From: Octopus vulgaris
Lineage: Eukaryota
Length of the DNA stretch: 64,000 bases
Reading direction: 5' to 3'
Assembly (NCBI GenBank): GCA_951406725.2
Contig: OX597829.1
Coordinates: forward strand, 24,862,001 to 24,926,000
This document shows positions 60,458 through 64,000 of this stretch, piece after piece. Below the pieces are notes generated by a model, which searched no databases, had not been told where the DNA came from, and saw only the letters and a list, made by a program, of their open reading frames with translations. Made by a program: the position numbers and the translations under genes. The first letter of the stretch is position 1. Each line of letters begins with the position of its first letter.

Positions 60458-61099
60458 GTAAGTAAATAAACAAAGGGCAGTGAAATGGATGGGTGAAGTA
60501 GTCAATAGACCAGGTGGAGTAGTCTTCTACCTGGTTTGGCTCCTGTCAACCATTTTACCTATGCATGGAAGATGGACATTAAATATTGATGATGATCTCT
60601 AGAACTCTTCAGGAATGATTAGAGCTAATGCCCAAGTCTAATTTCTGGTCTGGCTGGAAAGAAAACTGGTCCTTCACATCTATTTCATATAAAATTTTAC
60701 TGATCTTGCACAAAATAAACCGAAATGACCAAATGGAGGAAATGTTGAACTACAAATTCTAAGATTTGTGTTCAAATCTATTACTATACCATCCAAGAGA
60801 ATATATATATATCTCACATTGTCCTTTCTATAAGGTTTCTGGATAGAATACTTTATTGTACATGTGTATATATATACATATGTACCACCATTATCATCAT
60901 TGTCGTCGTCGTCATCATCATCATCATCATCACTACTGTCATTGCCACAACCACCACCACCTTCGTCATCACTTTACATATGTTTTTCCATGCTTGCATG
61001 GGTAGGAGGAATCTTCTTGAGTACAATATTTTGCCACTTTTTGTGGTTCAACACAGGCACTCTCTCTCTCTATATATATATAGCATTCTGAGATCAGAC

Positions 61100-62940
61100 T
61101 TTACTGCTTTTCCTATGTCTCAGGTTTTCTTCGCCTGCAGGTTCTTTCCAACTGATTCTTCTTTACACAACTGTTATCCTCCACACACATCACATATCTA
61201 TAAAACCTCTATCCTTCTCTCTTACTACATCTGATTTCAAATACTTTTACCTTAACCTCATTTGTACTCCATCCTTCATTGACTCTAACATTACACATCC
61301 AGCAAAGCATGCTAGCCTTGTTTCTGCCCACCTTCTATGTTCATTGCCCATGTTTAACTGCCATGTAACACCACACTGCATTCACAACTATCTTACAGTC
61401 CCTCAGAGAGAGAGAAAGAATTCCCTTATTGCTCCTTAAACCTATTACACCCTACTCCTATTCTGGCTACTATGCATTCAGAACACTGCCCTCCACTGCT
61501 AATTAGATCACCTGGGTAATGGAAACAGCTAACTACTTCTAAAGAGCCTTTTAAGCATTAGAAAGAATTAAATTCACAAGTACTCTTACAACTAATATTC
61601 TTGTGCATATGCTATATATGAAGTCTTTCTTCTCTTAAAGCCTGCCTGTAATGCACCAATAATTTACTTTGGGCACAAAGTATAGGATTACTATCTACTC
61701 TTTTTCTGCATGTTGAGTATGACCAACTCCCAGAACAATCCTGCTAACTATGACATTTGTTATTGCTAGGTTTGCTGTTTGAACACCTGATATCTAATCT
61801 CTGCTTCCATGTTTGGAACTTTTCTTCTAATTCTTAATGGATTCAGCTATGAGATTTAAGTCGTCAACATATAAGAGTTCCCATAGTCAGCCACTCTTGA
61901 ACTCCACTGTTATGGCCTGGGGAGTAAAGAGAAGGAGATTGAGAACCAAACCCTAATGGATACCTTTCACACTAAATTCATTGCTAACTTTCATTTTATC
62001 ATAATCTGTGCATGGCTTGCACTACTCTCATGAAACTTCATCTATCCCTACTTTTATTAATAACCACTAAATTAAAATCTATGGAACCCTACCAAAGAGC
62101 CAAAGGCCTTCTCTAGTTCTAGGGCAAACCTTTATACATACCTATTTCTTTACTACCCACAAGGGACTAAACACAGAGGAGACAAACAAGGACAGACAGA
62201 CGGATTAAGTCGATTTTATCGACCCCAGTGCGTAACTGGTACTTAATTTATCGGCGAGCTGGCAGAAATGTTAGCACGCCGGGCGAAATGCTTAGCGGTA
62301 TTTCATCTGCGTTACGTTGTGAGTTCAAATTCCGTCGAGGTCGACTTTGCCTTTCATCCTTTCAGGGTCGATAAATTAAGTACCAGTTACGCACTGGGGT
62401 CGATGTAATCGACTTAATACCTATGTCTGTCCTTGTTTGCCCCCTCTGTGTTTAGCCCCTTGTGGGTAATAAAGAAATAGGTACTTAATTTATCGACCCC
62501 GAAAGGATGAAAGGCAAAGTCAACCTCAGCGGAATTTGAACTCAGAACGTAACGACAGGCGAAATACCACTAAGCATTTTGCCCGGCGTGCTAACGTTTC
62601 TGCCAGCTCGCCACCTTATACATACATACATACCATCAACAGATGTTGGGTATAATGATTTGCCCTTAGCTAAAAACTTGTGTATTTGTCTCACTAAGAA
62701 AAGAACATCAATAGTTCCCTGTTCTTGCATGAATCTAAACTATATCTCATCTTCTAATTAGTTGTGTGCCATAACTCTTTCAGTATCTTTCATAACCTGG
62801 TCCATCAATTTGATGCCTCTATACTTACCTGTTTTTCAGAACCTTTCATTTTCCCATTACCAGCTGATGATGATACTTCTATGTGAGTCATTTAGTATGA
62901 AATCTCCTTGTACTCCATGATAAACTGTGTGCATGTCCTA
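61100..62940 (-). mobile_element. Old RTE LINE remnant interrupted by a SINE composite
   Basis: Minus-strand GTIDVLFLVRQIHKFLAKGKSLY at about 62650-62730 and WELLYVDDL (YADD region) at about 61857-61885. Confidence 0.7.
62141..62616. mobile_element. Meta SINE (+, 62253-62479) inserted into an antisense Meta SINE with a 15-bp TSD
   Basis: GGTACTTAATTTATC at 62238-62252 and 62480-62494 flanks the inner copy. The outer halves rejoin into one minus-strand copy. Confidence 0.9.
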
Positions 62941-63170
62941 CTTTGTGGGATGCTTTTCAATATACCATTCCCTTTTCAATAACACATTTCCACAAACCAT
63001 ATAATTTGTTGTATAGTTTACAAACATGATTCAGTACATGCCTTAACTGGTCACAAAGCCACATTGATGACAACACTTTACATAGATACACACACCACAA
63101 TTTTCTACCTGGTTTATGAACTTGGCTCAAGACATGTTCCAACTGATCAGAACTCAGAAAACTCCATTAT

Positions 63171-63374
63171 CCTATTTCTTTACTACCCACAAGGGGCTAA
63201 ACAAGGACAGACAAACAGATTAAGTCGATTATATCGACCCCAGTACGTAACTGGTACTTATTTAATCGACCCTGAAAGGATGAAAGGCAAAGTCGACCTC
63301 AGCGGAATTTGAACTCAGAACGTAGCGGCAGACGAAATACTGCTAAGCATTTCGCCCGGCGTACTAATGTTTCT
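63171..63374 (-). mobile_element. Meta-domain SINE, tail A
   Basis: Closely similar to the outer copy at 62141-62616. Confidence 0.85.
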
Positions 63375-63679
63375 ATCCGAACCAATACAAATGCACACAC
63401 ATACGCATGTACACACATACAGGCACAGATGTGTGTGTATTCCAACCCCACCCATCTTTTGCTTAGTCTTTTTTATTTTACAGTTTTTTTAAAAACCTTT
63501 TTATTTCTTTTAATGTTTGTGATGTGATTTTTAAGTAGAACATTCCATCTATGATCGTAACCAAAAAGGAAACCTCCAGGAAGTTGCTCAACCTACTAAA
63601 AATAGCCAAATCTTCTTCAAACTACACTCTAATATGCTAAATAAAGGAGGATACACTGGCCAATGTAGTCTCTGATCTA

Positions 63680-63943
63680 GAACAGGTAGGATGTAAAGTT
63701 TCCTTCTCGGGTCATGCTGACTCATGAGGGCTGGTTTCCCAGTTTTCATGGTATATAAATTCCCCACCTGGACAGGATGCCAGTCCATCACAGGATTACT
63801 CACTTTTGCCAGCTGAGTAGACTGGAGTAACGTGAAACGAAGTGTTTTGCTCAAGAACACAACGCATCACCCGGTTCAGGAATCGAAACCACCACCATAC
63901 AATCATGAGGTCAACACCCTAACCATGAAGCCATGTGCCTCCA
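63680..63943 (-). mobile_element. SINE family 3 copy
   Basis: Homologous to 43605-43862; tRNA-like head on the minus strand. Confidence 0.8.
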
Positions 63944-64000
63944 CACAGAGGAGATGATCATGATTGGAATGTCTTTGATTACAAATCTGCTTTATCAAAG

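Overview
This window is eukaryotic, AT-rich and dense in microsatellites and transposons. The repeat landscape suggests a cephalopod (Octopus-like) genome; that is an inference, not verified. One protein-coding gene is well supported: the mitochondrial peptidyl-tRNA rescue factor MTRFR/C12orf65, with two coding exons (27251-27652 and 34335-34538, about 201 aa, GGQ motif). Two weaker spliced-transcript candidates lie at about 3.3-4.8 kb (minus) and 51-60.5 kb (plus). Most of the rest is decayed mobile DNA: RTE, Dong/R4, Tx1/L1 and CR1-type LINE remnants, at least three tRNA-derived SINE families, mariner and DD37D/maT transposons, piggyBac-type MITEs, non-autonomous Helitrons, an LTR-retrotransposon fragment and Penelope-type hammerhead-ribozyme motifs. 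The four most interesting signals are: (1) a perfect 70-bp foldback about 90 nt upstream of the last MTRFR coding exon that encodes a minimal hammerhead ribozyme on both strands; (2) a Meta-domain SINE whose 3' tail resembles the 3' end of a Tx1/L1-clade LINE in the same window and which repeatedly sits inside copies of its own family; (3) a head-to-tail Helitron junction; (4) a duplicated candidate exon. Most ORFs in the supplied track are microsatellite or TE artefacts. All alignments were done by eye, so TE boundaries are approximate.
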